Assembly (NCBI GenBank): GCA_030248215.1
Contig: JASANG010003984.1
Location: forward strand, 558,001-622,000
Length of the DNA: 64,000 nucleotides
Reading direction: 5' to 3'
DNA from: Enoplolaimus lenunculus
Taxonomy: Eukaryota
Under the pieces are notes generated by a model. It had not been told where the DNA came from, searched no databases, and worked only from the letters and a program-made list of their open reading frames with translations. Each line of letters opens with the position of its first letter. Position 1 is the stretch's first letter. The position numbers were made by a program, and so were the translations under genes. Below are positions 12,866 through 26,410 of the stretch, piece after piece.

Positions 12866-13901
12866 AAAAATTTCAAGACATAAAAATGTTGTATTTCAGA
12901 CATTAATAGTCTTAAACAGCTCAGAAGTTTGTTTCTTAAATGGTTAAAACATAAATGTCTTGTATTTAAGGAATTGCTATTGCCAATTTATAAGACACAA
13001 ATTTCATTCTTTCAAAAAATAGTTGTGTTTTATTCAAGAATTAATTTACTGATTTTTATATATGGAAGAAAGTTGCTCCATTTAATTTTCTTAAAAGTGT
13101 ATATAAATAATCAAATTTCAAAAATATTTCGGGTTGAGCTCAGACTTTCCATCATAAGTTTACTTATTTGACGTATATTATAGGTTGTAAAGTATTTGTA
13201 TTGAGTTGAGCTTTAGCCCACAATTTTGAGTCGGATTCCATGGCAAATCTTTGTGTTTTATTTCAGACATATTTGTCTTGTATTTTAGAAATATTTGTCT
13301 TATATTTCAGAAATATTTTTCGTAATCGTTCATAAAACAAAATCTTAAATTTTAGATATTAAAGTGTGAAAATTTTAGACCAATATTTCTGAAAAATTTA
13401 AGAAATAAGTCTTGAATTCAAGACATTTATGTCTGGACTATGTATCAAAACATAATTGTCTTAAATTTCAGACAGTGTTTCTTGAATACAAGACAATATA
13501 TTTTCAATTTATTTTATGTGTGAGATAAATAAAGTTTTATTGATATTTCGACTCTCGGCTTGCAGCTTAGATATTTCATAGCTGATTTTGGGCTTAAATT
13601 CAATAATATTCAAAGTTAAAAGAGCGGCGAGAATAAATTTTTTATTTCAAATTAATCAAAAAAAAATCAGGTTTTCATTTTGTGCATTGCCAAGACAACG
13701 AGAGGCTACTAGGTTATGACGTGTCGGAAGTATTGACTATTTTACACCTTTTCAGCACTGGTCAACCAGACGTGTTTGCAATAGCAGTCTAATCTGGCTT
13801 ATTACGCCTAGGAATTTTAAATCTGTATACAAAGTTTGCTTTTATTTAATTTATTGTGTTTTCCAATAACTACAGTGAAAGTGTCATTTGATTACCGTTT
13901 C

Positions 13902-14098
13902 GGCCCATGTTACTTTAAGGGGCGTCCAGGTTTCTGTTAGGTCTATAAAAGAGTACGTTTAGATTCTAGATTACAATTTGTTGCGTAGGCTTAGGCTTAG
14001 GCTTAGGCTTAGGAACTCATTTTTGCAACGCTTAGGCTTATGCTTAGGCTTAGGAATACGCTTAATCTACTGCTACGCCCATTAAAGTAACATTGGCC
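13902..14098. mobile_element. MITE family C1
   Basis: Clean TIRs GGCCCATGTTACTTTAA / TTAAAGTAACATTGGCC; further copies at 14754-14945 and 38925-39113. Confidence 0.9.
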
Positions 14099-14149
14099 AC
14101 AGTCTCTGTATCCGTTAAATGCAAATCATGGTATAAAACTGGATTCATA

Positions 14150-14694
14150 CATGACACTTTATCGCCGCCCAAGGTTTTAAGTCCTTCGTCACGGTCCCAG
14201 CCCGAGATCCCAGCGGTGAAACGAGGCGTACCCTGAATCGCAACCAAAGACGCTAAATTTTTTAAATCGCATGGAAGATTGGTTTTGCGGGGAACCCAAT
14301 AGATTCTGAACCCTCTTTTGGAGTAAGAAGGCGGTAGCAGCGGCGTCACTGTCCTGCCTGATGTGCTGACCGAAAAAATTACTAGTTCTTTGCGAAACAG
14401 TTTCGTTTGGTACCTTTTTAAGCAAACGTGACATCGGCAGGAGTAGTTCGGGCAGTATCGGGTTGGCCTAGTGAAACATTGCACGTAGTGTCGTGGAAAT
14501 CACACTGTCTGCCCTAAAGAAAGTAGAAACCAGGCTTATTTTCTAGACCCCTGGGTGTGATGTGTCCATTTGGCGATTTCCGGGCGCTAAACACAGCGCT
14601 GGACAATCGTACTCGTCTCTCTGACCGTTTCAGGAGCTGCTTGTTTATTTCCAGAATGTTATGTATTTCACTAAACATACATTTGAGTTCAGGT
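14150..14694 (-). other. Candidate Cys-rich exon(s) or pseudo-exon with weak ADAM10/17-like motifs
   Basis: Bounded by tgtcAG and GTATGA. Peptides S*NGQRDEYDCPA and YCPNYSCRCHVC...SGRTVT lie in different frames, and every frame contains stops. Confidence 0.2.
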
Positions 14695-15317
14695 CTGACA
14701 AATCGTACAAGTAAAGCTTCAAGGTTCACGTCATAAAAAGGTAAAACTTTAACAGCCAATGTTGTTTTTATGGCTGCAACTGTAGATTAAGCATATTTTT
14801 AAGCCTAAAGCTTAAGCGTTGAAAAATGTGTAAATCTAAGCCTAAACGTACTCTAAGCCTATTTAGCCAAAAAATAACCTAAGACTTAAATATACTTTTG
14901 CACTCCCACCGGAAATCGAGACGGCTTATAAAAGTAACACGGGCCAAAATATCGGATAATGTCAAGGACTTGCTACTTTGACAAAAGCGACTAAATGTAA
15001 TGTTACCACTAAGCTTCCGAACCCCCGGCTTGTGGTTTATGTGTTAGCCCTGAATCTAATCCTTGAACCTAACCCTTAATCGTGACAAAAACTCAAACCT
15101 AAATTTAAGGTTTAGGAAAATGCTTTTTGAGCCAGTGTGCAACCTGAATTATAAAATACGGAACCGGAAAGTTACAAAATTGCTCAACCGCAACCATAGC
15201 CGGTACCCGAAATCAAAAAATACTTGTTACCGAAAAATTCATATTAAACGCTATTTTATCGCTTTTAATGCTGAACGCCTGCGCATCCGTGAGCTTGTTC
15301 AGAACTTATGTGGGGTT

Positions 15318-15756
15318 TACGTTAGAACCGGGGCAGCCTGGGACACGTTTTGTTCCTATGAGACGATTGGGTGACATTTTGTCTGCGTGTAGACCCTATA
15401 TCGATATCGAATTCAAAAATTCGTATTTGTCTACTATAATCGTGTAGGGTCATTTTTCGTTATTAAATATCATATGATATTCGAGGTATTAGTACCAAAA
15501 GATCACACTGTCCCGCTGAATATCTTATGATATTCGTTGAAATTTTGGAATATCATTCGATATTCGCATGAATGTCCCACAGTATTACGTCACATACCGT
15601 CCCTTGTACACATTGATCATTCGAGAGCGGTGGTTTGTAAGCTAATGTCATATGACATTCGAGTTTTGTATGCTGACCCGATTTAAGTCCGAATTTTAAC
15701 GCTGACGTCCAATAAACATGCGACAAACCGTGTTCCGCCTGCCCCGGTTACAACGT
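15318..15756. mobile_element. MITE family J (ACGTT..AACCGGGGCAG TIR)
   Basis: TIRs present; homologous segments at 26988-27242 and 62790-63058. Confidence 0.8.
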
Positions 15757-15905
15757 CGTGAATGCCGTATTATACTCTACGCGAGCAAATTATTGCTTTG
15801 TGGTCGTAAAACTCGTAAAATGGTTATCTCATGCAAACTTTAACCCATTCCTTCGAAATATTTCTTGTCTGCCATGTTCTCTTGTGTCGTGGCTTTATGG
15901 CATTT

Positions 15906-15907
<2 letters not shown>

Positions 15908-15939
<32 letters not shown>

Positions 15940-15940
15940 G
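15908..15940. repeat. (TTG)n microsatellite
   Basis: 11 units. Confidence 0.95.
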
Positions 15941-17135
15941 GTAGTATTTTTTTATTTGAATTTACCGCAAATTCGCATTTCCGTTCCCGTGTGTTGCATG
16001 CGGTGACTTTGTTCTACACCGGCCATTTCAAAACTCGTAGCAACCGAAACAAAAAAAGTTTTATAGTCAAAACTCGAAGAACAGTCGACGGCCGGGCATA
16101 CAACGTCGGCTGATCAAAACCTTTTATGTCCTCATTTTCACATTTATGCCACCCGGTCAGGTTTATGTTGTCACTGTGATCGCCATGTTGTCTACCATGG
16201 ATGCGGGTCTGTAGTCAGAGGACGGTCAGGGGCGCTCAACCCCCCCTAGAAGAATTTTGGCCCACCCTAGAAAATTTTTGAACCTTGCTTGTAAAGCCAT
16301 CGAAAACCCTTGTATGCCTTTCCTGAAAAATGTTTAGCATCCTAGCGCGGTTCGCTGGAGCATGCTAAGGTGGGGGCATCCAACATTCCGAAGTGTGCAC
16401 CCCTTTGGGATGATGAAAATATTTTTCAAAAATTTTGGTTCAAATCTTGTAAGGGTGGGGGGGGCCACGCTTCGGGGTGTTGGCCCACAAATGGGTGGTA
16501 TCGGGTGTAGCTGCTCCGACCCAGCTGCCAATCGTGAGCTTGCTACGGGCCTGCGTGGAGGGAGATAGTAAGAATTTACCGTGTCAAGGGGTTAATCGCA
16601 CGCCAAATTGCATATCATCTATATTAAGTTTGTATGTAAACAAAATTTGACTCAGCTAAAACATATTTATTACTAATTGCATGGAAACTATTTAAATGGG
16701 TTTGACCCCTTTTGGGTCTCCGTCATCATATCTTCGGGTCGTGTGCGAGTTCATGTAACGCACAGATGCAACAAAAATACACGACGCGTTTTTCAGCACA
16801 CGGCTAAAATAATCAGTTATTACACAATCAAAAGCGTAACCAGGTATTTCGTTTCGAGAGTGTATTTGCCGAAGTTATTTTGAGCTCTAAGGTTACGGAT
16901 GCTTTAAGTTATGTTAAAAGTGTGGTTTTCTTGAGTCTAGAAATTTTAGGCGAAAATATATTTCTCCTATCCCATCCTATGCAAATACGTCCCTGATCCA
17001 CAATGCTTAACAGAAGCGGTATGGAAGTTTTGAAGTTAAACCGGTGGCTGCGGTTGGTGGTTTTTGATTGGTATTTTGTGTTCTGAAATCGAGTCAAAAA
17101 CTAATATTTTTTTGCGGTGTTTTTAAGTCTTTTTA

Positions 17136-17778
17136 CGCACAAAATAAATTGTTTTATATTGTAGAAATATTGTCTGAAATTTAATACAATATGTCTTAAT
17201 ATTGACTCCAGAGATTTATATTTATTATTTCAGACTTGTATTTGTGAAACTTGTCAGAAATTATGGGTCTGGAATTTGTCAGACTTAAAGTATTGTTTCA
17301 TGAACGTTTAAGACAAACATTTCTCAAATATAAGACAAATATTTCTGAAATACAAGACATAGATTTTGCAGGTAAACGACTAAAAATTGCAGGCTTAAAG
17401 CTCAACCAAATGCCATTACTCCTAAGATACGTCCAAGACGGATACTTAGGTTGGAGGAAGTCTGAGCCCAACACGAAATATTTTTAAAATTTGATGATTT
17501 ATATACACTCTTAAGAATATAAAACGGAACAAGTTTTTTACACATAAAAGTCGGAAAATTAATTGTTGAATAAAGGGCAACTTATTTTTTGAAACAAAAA
17601 AATTTATGTCATAGATTAACAGCGGTAATTTTTTAAATATGACACCGATGTTTTAACTATTTCTGACACGAATTTCTGAGCTGTCTAAGATTATTAATGT
17701 CTTAAATAGCGGACATTTTGGTTTTAAAATTTTAAGAAAGTAGGAGTCTTGAAATTATAAGACAATTTATTTTGTGTC
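17136..17778. mobile_element. Family H non-autonomous TIR element (~640 bp, AAGACA/TGTCTT-rich)
   Basis: TIR CACAAAATAAATTGT / ACAATTTATTTTGTG. Inverted copy at 12866-13522; related fragments at 11000-11110, 28305-28505 and 35320-35565. Confidence 0.8.
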
Positions 17779-17784
17779 TCTATA

Positions 17785-18041
17785 CGCTATAAATTTCAAT
17801 GAGTTAAATACTTAACTCTGAATGAAAGTTAGTTATTTCTGAATTAACATCAGAAAACTTTAACTCACTCGGATTGGAGTTGATTATCACTCCGAGTTAA
17901 GCTGATTCCGTGGAAGTTGATTAATCGAACCAAAACGAGCTGAATCAACTCAGAATTGAGAGTTCTTATAGTCCTAACTCAGACTGAGTGATTTGATTCA
18001 ACTCATTCTGAATTAAAATCAACTCACTGGAATTTACAGCG
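17785..18041. mobile_element. MITE family B (CACTGTAAATT termini, GAGTT/AACTC repeats)
   Basis: TIRs and TA flanks. Degenerate or partial copies at 24190-24442, 30995-31183, 36882-37072, 37724-37994, 47446-47604, 53286-53512 and 54443-54594. Confidence 0.85.
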
Positions 18042-18192
18042 TAATTTACATTTAAAGATGATCGATTGATTATTTGTGCCGAAAAAATTTACACAATCAC
18101 TGTCAACTTTGCTAGGATCAGTCGGGAACGTCAAAGATTTCAGATAACCAGCCGCAACAAAAGCAGGGCTGCAAAATGTTTGAACGTGCGAG

Positions 18193-18365
18193 CGGGCCTG
18201 TAGCCAAGGAGGTCCCCAGGTTAGCCTCAGCCCCCAGGTAAAATTTTGGCCTCCCTTGGAAAGTTTTCAACCTTGCTTGTAACTCTTTGAACACTCTTGA
18301 ATGCCCCTCCTGAAAAATTTTTGTCTCCCCCCAAGCAAAAGCAAGGTGAGCTGGCTACGGGTCTG
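18193..18365. mobile_element. MITE family F (CAGGCCCGTAGCC TIR; hAT-like)
   Basis: 8-bp TSD-like flanks cgtgcgag/tgtgggag. Other copies at 16203-16553, 37085-37266, 41991-42150 and 52809-52972. Confidence 0.8.
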
Positions 18366-18768
18366 TGTGGGAGTTACAAAATTGCAGAGGCAACCAGTTT
18401 ACTCCACCCACATCACAGCCTTTGTGACCAATAGATTTTAACATCGACTTAAACACCCACCCTGTCGGTTAAGCATACCTAATTTGCTAGCAGTAGTTTG
18501 TAAAAAATATCTCCCGATATTCAATTTTGTCCTTATACCTGTTGATTTATTTGCTCTTTGATATTGACGGCGAATCAACATGGGTCAAAACGTGTTCATG
18601 GATGCCCCAGGTATAAGGTAAACTACTTGACTTAAATTTTAAGTTTAAGGACAATGTTTTTTAAATGGGTGTAGCAGCCCTTGAACATTGTAATAATAAG
18701 TTTTCAAACAAGACAACTCTGACAACTGCGCATATCGAATTTGGTTCATATATAACTATGAACGATTG

Positions 18769-18985
18769 GTCCATGTAAAGATCAGGGGCGAAACGTTTTT
18801 TGTGGGACTACAATAGAATAAGCTTACGCTTTAGACTAATTTTTTGCTTGGCTTAGACTTAGGCTTAGGCTTAGGAACAAACTCATTCTTACGCTTAGGC
18901 TTAGGCTTAGGCTCAGGCTTAGGCTCAGGCTTAGGCTTAGGAATAAGCTTATAATACTGTTCAGCCCCTGTTGTTTTCATTGGCT
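18769..18985. mobile_element. MITE family C2
   Basis: Two TTAGGC blocks separated by a short spacer. Confidence 0.85.
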
Positions 18986-19113
18986 GAAAGATTAAATGCA
19001 AAAAAGGCCAAAAGTTTCAAAGTTCTCGTTTGAATGGTTCGAAATTTAGAAGATCATATCATCAACTGGTGATTTGTGTTAGACATATTTGAGAGTATTG
19101 GCATCAAATTGTA

Positions 19114-19321
19114 CACTGCAATAAATAGTGAGTCTAATTAACTCTGTCCTAAAAAGGTTCTACGGGACTACACAAACTGAGTCGAATTCGACTCTGCCAG
19201 AGTCAAATTCGACTCGCTGAGGAGCACGTTTGACTCTGGCGAAGTCGAATTTGACTCAGTTTGTGTAATCCCGTAGACCCTATTTCGGAGAGAGTCAATT
19301 TCACTCGCCATTTTTGCAGTG
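19114..19321. mobile_element. MITE family A
   Basis: Full palindrome, TA...TA. Confidence 0.9.
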
Positions 19322-19632
19322 TACTTTGCGTTCTGAACGGTTGTATACCATTTACTCGTTAAAAAACAAGACCGTCTATTGGCTAAATTCTTCAGAGTTC
19401 GAGTTCATAAAGACTGTGTTGTTGGTTAAACTGAAGTTGAGACTTTCATTGAAAAATTGCACAAGTCTGATTACTAGCGGTTTTCCGGTGTAATTTCGCA
19501 AAGTCGGCGTTCAAAAGTTTGGCCAAACGAGTTGACATCAACCAAACCAAGTATCGAATTCGAAGTTCACGCGACGACAGAACTATCACTGTTTGATGTG
19601 AAGCAATTAATTTTAGCTGAATTGATGCAAAA

Positions 19633-19734
19633 ACAACAACAACAACAACACCAATAATCACAACAAAATAATAATAATAATAACATAAATAATAATAATA
19701 AATAAATAAATAAATAATAATAATAACAGTAATA

Positions 19735-19770
<36 letters not shown>

Positions 19771-19835
19771 CAATAATAATAAATAACAACAATAATAATA
19801 ATAAATAAATATATAACAATAATAATAAGAATAAT
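19633..19835. repeat. (AAC)n/(AAT)n microsatellite
   Basis: Seen directly. Confidence 0.95.
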
Positions 19836-20554
19836 GAAACGCAATGTTTGCGTTTAACCGTCGGGGGCACGGCAACGCCTCAAGGAACCTCTTTCCATTT
19901 ATCAGTTAAAATAATATTTTTTAGATTTTACTTTTATAAATTGTGTTTGACACCCCTGTCTCGGTATAATTGTTATTGGGGTAAAAATTAAACCGGGTTT
20001 AATTCTGCCGAGGGGGGAACAATTAAACGGGGACCAAATTAAACCGTGACACCCTCCATATTTATTTCGTTGCGTTCAAAGTTTCATGCCTGTAAAACGT
20101 AACGTGGAATAAAAACAACTCAGATCATAAACTGCAGATTAGCGAAACCCTCGGGGAAAATGAGAAAAGGTGACGTATATTTAGCTATTTACTTTAGCCA
20201 GCAATGACACAGACCTGAAAAATAGTTGCGCTATACTTTGCTGTGCCGGACGCCATATCACGTCGGCGCGCGCAACTATAAATAAAAATATTGGCAAAAT
20301 ATATTTAATTTCGTGCGACAATTTTTAATTAATAAATTTTATCGGGGCGTGCGGCGGCATCCGGCGGCGACCAGCGGCGTCCGGCGGATATAGCGCATCC
20401 GTAAGTTTCTAATCGAGTCTTGAAAATTTATTTTACCTGTAGATTGCCAAATTTATATATAACACACTACAAAAGTTACATTAACAGAGTTCCACAACGC
20501 GCATTCAGTTTATACATTCAATCATTATCTAAAGTTTATTCGAAACTCAACTTA

Positions 20555-20836
20555 AGCCCTATTCACACGTGCAAGTTTTTGCTGTGAGAACTTGCAGCTG
20601 CAAATTGCACTTGCAAGTTTTGTGCAAAATCCCGTTCGAAAAACTTGCAGCTGCAAAAAGTTCATTAAAAATCAAAGCTAGGAATTTTGCTCTCATGTAT
20701 AAGTAATAACCATGCAAGTTCACTGAATTTATTGCAGCCGCTTTCTGTCTCATTGGCTGATGAAAAAATGCAAGTTCTGCGTGCAAGTTGCAGCTGCAAG
20801 TTCTCGCAGCAAAAACTCGCACGTGTGAATAGGGTT
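20555..20836. mobile_element. MITE family E (AGCCCTATTCACACG TIR; PIF/Harbinger-like)
   Basis: TIRs with TWA-type flanks and TTGCA/TGCAA repeats. Degenerate copies at 2875-3030 and 10830-11480. Confidence 0.85.
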
Positions 20837-21396
20837 TAATTGTTATTTGTAATGTTTTTCCAGCATCAATGTTTAATGTGTAATATAATGTTTTATTAAC
20901 CAAATAATGACATGCTTTGTTACATCTTTCCTTCGAACTGTCGTTGGCATCAACCACGTTCAGTAGCCAATTGTGGCACCGCAGTTGCGTCGTATTCAAA
21001 TTTGGCAACGATTATTGGATCGATACAAGCGGTTTTTGTTTACTTCACACTGATCAGAGGACCACAGCCCGTTAACGGTAAGTACCATTCAGAGGTAATT
21101 GGCAGGATTTCAATTCAAGACAACAGCGGATCCAGATGGGGGCGGCGGGGTTACGTTACAATTCTTTACAAGTTTTTTCCGCAGCATTTATAAAATGATA
21201 AGGTTCCTAGCTTCCAATTTTTCATCCTCAGGAAATTTTTTGGTGATAAAATGATAAGGTTCCCATCATACAATTTTTGCGTTTGATGACACTTGCCAGC
21301 CCGCCTCCCTCATCCTTCGGATATTTTAGGATCCGCCTCTGATAAATTTATATACAACGTGACCCTACTTTGTGAAATTCGGGTATTGGTCATGTA

Positions 21397-21836
21397 CTGT
21401 AGCGGCCCGAATAAGAGGGGTGTAATAAGAGAAAGGGGTCCCTATTTTGAGTCCCAATCGATAGAGGAGTCCGTATCCCAAATAAGAGTCCGTAAGCGGA
21501 TAGAGACTCTAAATCCTAATTACAGTCCATAAGTGTAAATTATCCCAAATTGTAGCGCATAGTGACTCCAGGACTAAATAAAGTTGACTTCGAAACTTTA
21601 AAACGTACTTAAGTTTTGAAAGTAACATTCCAAAGTATAACCTTGCATTATCGCTCAAGCTTTTAATGCAGGCAAAATCCGTTTAATTCAACGGATAGTT
21701 GCAATAGCTAATATATAAAGAATGAAGGGCGGAGGAGGGCGGGTTAAAAATAAATAACAGTCCGGAACCGAATAACAGGGGGCCCTTTGAAGAGGCCAAA
21801 TAAATGTCATTCCCCCTCTTATTCGGGTCACTACGG
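21397..21836. mobile_element. MITE family D (CTGTAGTGACCCGAATAAGA TIR, TA TSD; Tc1/mariner-like)
   Basis: Both TIRs, TA...TA. Partial copies at 4445-4700, 5243-5462 and 62010-62266. Confidence 0.85.
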
Positions 21837-22718
21837 TATGCATATGGCTACTGGACCAAATGAAGTTCTGTACAAATTGAATTTCACTTCTGTATTATTC
21901 AGGTCAATACTGTAATTGTAATATAAACTAGTAAACGTAGTTGCAATATTTGCTACCCTACTTGTTCTCATATTTTGGGCTAGCGTCAGTTTGTTGACTG
22001 CTTATCGGCATATATACATTCGTAGTTGCATTTATTAATTTGCATATCTGTACTATTCTTTGTATATTATGTTTCAAAATATGACAAAAAAGTTAGAAAG
22101 CGGCCCAAAACACGTATGCAGGACGTTCCAGCTTTAATAATATACTAGCAATCTGTTGTTGCACACATGTACACATCTAAACCACACAAAGAAAAAGTAA
22201 ACAATCTTCTAACTTCAGAATTTTTCACTTAAAAGTAACAAAGCAAAGTTGCGTTTGGCTATACAAATCTTGCTGGAAAGCTGCCCAAAATACGTATGTG
22301 GGGCGTTCCAGCTTTAATATATCGATAAATATTGTTCGCACAGCAAGATAGCCGTGCAAGGAAAATGTAGTTAAAAGAAAAAAATTGTTGGGCTTATGAT
22401 GAGTCCAACTCTTTCAATGATTACAGCCTTGGCATTTCATTCAACTCAAACGATGACGCTATTATTTTCGTGGTTCAACTTTATATTCTATTATAAAAAG
22501 TTTTCGCAATTTTAAAATAAAAAAACTAACTTTTGGCGAACAATTTAAACTGTCTCAAACGGAAGGATTTCAAGTTGTTTTTAGTTGTTTTTGGCAAACG
22601 GTTGTTTGACCGCACAGGCGTCTGGAAAAGGGAATATCAATTATGACGTGCCCAAAATTTAAAAACATCATATATATTTGAAAATTTTTTCGAGATAAAG
22701 ACAACATAATTATTGTTA

Positions 22719-22937
22719 CACTGCGCAAAATGGTGAGTCGAATAGACTCTCTCCGAAATAGACTTTGCCGGACTACACAAACTGAGTCAAATTCGACTCC
22801 GCCAGAGTCAAATTCGTCTCACAGGAGTCGCTCAGTGAGTAAAATTTGACCCTGGCGGAGTCGAATTTGACTCAGTTTGTGTAGTCTCGAAAAGCATCTT
22901 TCGGAGATATTCAATTTGACTCACCTTTTTTGCAGCG
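22719..22937. mobile_element. MITE family A
   Basis: Full palindrome; partial copies also at 23120-23256, 30708-30803 and 50640-50776. Confidence 0.9.
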
Positions 22938-23065
22938 TGTAGGGCTGAATCTTCTTGCAATATATCTTTGCGAAGGGAAACTCTAGTTACTTGCTTGTTC
23001 GGGACCTGCGATTTAAATCCCAGTCCATGTAAAGTATACGGATTGTCCATAAGTAGGTAAACAGG

Positions 23066-23888
23066 CAGACGTTTAGGCTTTTAAGAATATAATTAGGCTT
23101 ATATATAGATTTACGCATACACTGCAAAAAATAACGAGTCAAATTGACTCCCCGAAATAGGCTCTTCGAGACTACACAAACGGAGTCAAATTCGACTCCG
23201 CCAGAGTGAAACGTGCGACTCACTGAGTCGAATTTGACTCTGATGGAGTCGAATTCCCTGACAATACGTTTGTGAAAGTTGCATTTAGAACAGATCAAGT
23301 TTATTTTTGGTGAGTGTTTATTGCCACTATTAATAGTGTACGCAGGGCCGGCGTTAGGATAATCGGCCCTCAAACAGGTCCCAGAGGGTCCAACTAAATG
23401 TTTTACAACTCTATAACTTCGTGGTTCGCAGAAAAAATTGTTTAGTCTATGTGACCCCCAAGGGTCACTCCTACAATTGGGGGGTTGGCGGCGCTTCCAC
23501 CGCCACTGGAGTATATGCTTGCTTTCACTTGCTTACTGTATCGAATATAAAATAGTGAATAATTTTCAAGAAAAAACTGTTAAATTTTAACGCTTAAAAC
23601 AACAATACTCGGCAAATGAAGCGATTTCCAACAAATTTCGCAAAGACACAAAATACGTTTTTTAAAACCTTTTAAAAATAATAAAATTAGAAAAGATTTC
23701 AGTGAAAATATGAAAAAAATGTTGAAAAGCCTACTCAACGAAGCTGTGATTGCTGTTTTTGAAACAGTAAAAACCTGGAGAAATGTTGAGTTGAAATACA
23801 ACTTGCAATGAGTTTCGGTCGATACAGAATGTTACTAAGTTTGCAGCGAAAACAACAAACGTCAGAATTTGTTTATAAATGCCCTATA
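23066..23888. repeat. ~0.8-kb segment duplicated in inverted orientation at 50051-50831
   Basis: Near-identical ORF-track peptides (MYFNSTF...) on opposite strands; both copies include half a MITE A and a CAGGGCCGGCGTTAGG hAT-like end. Confidence 0.9.
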
Positions 23889-24883
23889 GATTTTAAAAGA
23901 CACCCATCGATAGTGGGAGCCCCACTTTATTTATCCAAGCGGATAATAAACCGCCGTAGGTTTGGAATTTGTCTGGCTTCTCGCTGTGCTTCGCTCGCAA
24001 ATTTTTCGTATCTTTTTTTATTTGTTTTTTAAACTGTTGCAACCTTTTGCTAAAACTGCTATTTTCAAGCGAGTATTCTCACAGGACAACTCGAACAAAC
24101 AGGGGCTCAGCAAACGTTTTATTTCTCGCTTAGAAATCTTGCACCTGCCTCCTCAGTAGGTTGCATAGTCTGAGATTTGAACGTAGCCCGATATCTATTC
24201 CGATAAGTTGATTAATCAACTCAGAGAGCGAACTAGTCATTTTTGGTCATTTTTGAGTTAATAATAGGAAACATCAACTCGCTCGGAGGTAATTAAATTA
24301 CGGGTAGTTGATTAATAATAACTCAGAATGATTTCAATCAATTCTGAATTCTGAGTTCTAAAAGACGTGGTTCAGAGCTCAGCATTCAGCGTGGAATCAA
24401 CTTTTATTCTGAGTTAAAATCAAATCACTTGAATTTTCAACGATATATGCACGCTGCGGCACTGTCGCACCGTACACCTTTCAAACACAAATCCATCAAA
24501 TTTTGTTTCGTTCTGTTTATTTTATTGTTTTTTGAATGAAAACATTTTCACTTTAAAGTATTATTTTTTCTCACCAAAAATTACTAAAAATATCGGTTTT
24601 GTTTTGTCTTTGTTCATTTTGGTCAATTTGTAATATAAAATTTGCGAAAATATTTCGATTAACATAAATACAAAAGTCTATTGATGCTTAAATTTTCGGC
24701 TAATGAGGGTATTTTTGAACTAAAAGTTTAGCAATAAACTCATCGCTGTTTTTGCCGTATTTTACGTTCAAATTTCAACTTGACGTCATTAGTTTTATCG
24801 TTTTTAAAGCTGCTTGCAAAATGTATTGTTCTGCAAGTTTGCATAAATTCTGTTGTTGCTTTTGTTGCTAGTCAACATGGTTA

Positions 24884-25135
24884 CACGGCAAATTCCGATG
24901 AGTTGATTAATCAACCCAGATGGAGAATTGGTTGTTTCATGTTTATTTCTGAGTTAATAACAGTAAACATTAACTCACTCTGAGTTGATTTAATTCTGGG
25001 TGAGTTGATTAATTAACTCAGAGTGAGTTCAGGCAATTCAGAATTCTGTGTTCTGAAAGACCTAATGCAGAGCTCAGACCTCTGAGTGAATTCGACTCAT
25101 TCTGAGTTAAAATCAACTCACTGAAATTTACAGTA
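24884..25135. mobile_element. MITE family B
   Basis: Family B sequence with both ends. Confidence 0.85.
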
Positions 25136-26215
25136 TACAATCAGAGGCGAGGCCAAATTTTGGGAACAGGTCGTCACGTCTGAATAATTTTTCGGCGAAC
25201 GATATGACATGTATACGTTGCTGGTTTACAAGATTTGTTTCATATACCTACACAACGGTACTCTTGTGGAGCGTGGGTCGCATGAGACGAGGGTGGGGTG
25301 GAGATAAATTTGCTGCGCCACATGGTGTAAAAATAGGCCCAAAATTGGTTTAAGTCAAAACGAAGATGAAAAACTTCTTTAGGCCAACTGAACATCTAAA
25401 AAATTTTCGTACATCGATTTTTTCTGTCTGCCGCCTTCTAAGGTCAGCTGAAACTGTGCTTGATCAATCAAACTGACGAGAAGAGATTCGACAGAAAAGC
25501 GACTTCCGGTTCCGGTTAAATTTCTGCTGGAGTTTGCGGCAATTTCAGTAGTGTAATTTTTCATTATGATTACAAAAATAGCATCATTCGGTGCGTTTGG
25601 TTTTAACTTTTGGTACAATTTTGAGCCTATTTCCGACTCGACTTGTCATTTTTGCAGTGTAAAACACCAAGTATTTTGTGAACCGTTTACAGATATTTGC
25701 TAAAATTAGCAAAATAAACATTATTGAAGCTGTCTAATTTCGCCTTTACCTCTGAGACTCAGGCAACGTTTGTTAACCTCTGGTTTCGCTACTTTCCCGT
25801 TCATTTGCTGACATATTTATCCAAGTCTCACAGAAATTTTATTCAACAGTAGCAAATCTGGCCGCAATTTTAAGTACACGCCCCACCCACAACCAAAATA
25901 TTAGGAGCGACATCCTCTATACCCTTGTTTCAAAGCATATACACAGTGACCCGCCGCAATTTTTCAAATAGTTGAAATTTGGTTCAAAATGATAATTAAT
26001 GTTTAAATAAACCAAAACGAAAGCCGACACAAAAGTCACCAGCGCGGAGATGATAGATTTACCGTTAGAAACGCTGTTATTTTACTGTCGATCCAATAAA
26101 ACTATGCAAATTTGACACTTCTTATGTTGTGTTGTTTCAGTTTTAAACTACAACTCATTAGAGTTGCACTATTGAAGTTTAGCATTTGTATTGAGCGCAG
26201 ATAGTTCGAATGAAC

Positions 26216-26410
26216 GGCCAATGTTACTTTAACGGGCGTAACAGTAGATTAAGCGTATTCCTAAGCCTATAGCCTAAGCGTTGAAAAAATGAGGTCCTAA
26301 GCTGTACAAGCCGAAGTTTAAGCCTAAGCGAAAAAATGTAATCTAGATTCTAAATCTACTACTTTATAGACCCATCAGAAACCAGGACGCCCCTTAAAGT
26401 AACGTTGGCC
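26216..26410. mobile_element. MITE family C1
   Basis: Both TIRs, GCCTAA repeats. Confidence 0.9.

Noticed and set aside
19446..19875. Ile/Tyr/Leu-rich ORFs (also 15758-16113, 32019-32219, 60434-60711)
   Set aside because: Translations of microsatellites.
20559..21008. 149-aa ORF similar to 6396-6605
   Set aside because: The shared peptide comes from the palindromic MITE E.
23580..23801. Duplicated 73-aa ORF (also 50138-50359) as a conserved gene
   Set aside because: TTG start, codons typical of T-rich non-coding DNA, and the identity is explained by DNA duplication extending well beyond the ORF.
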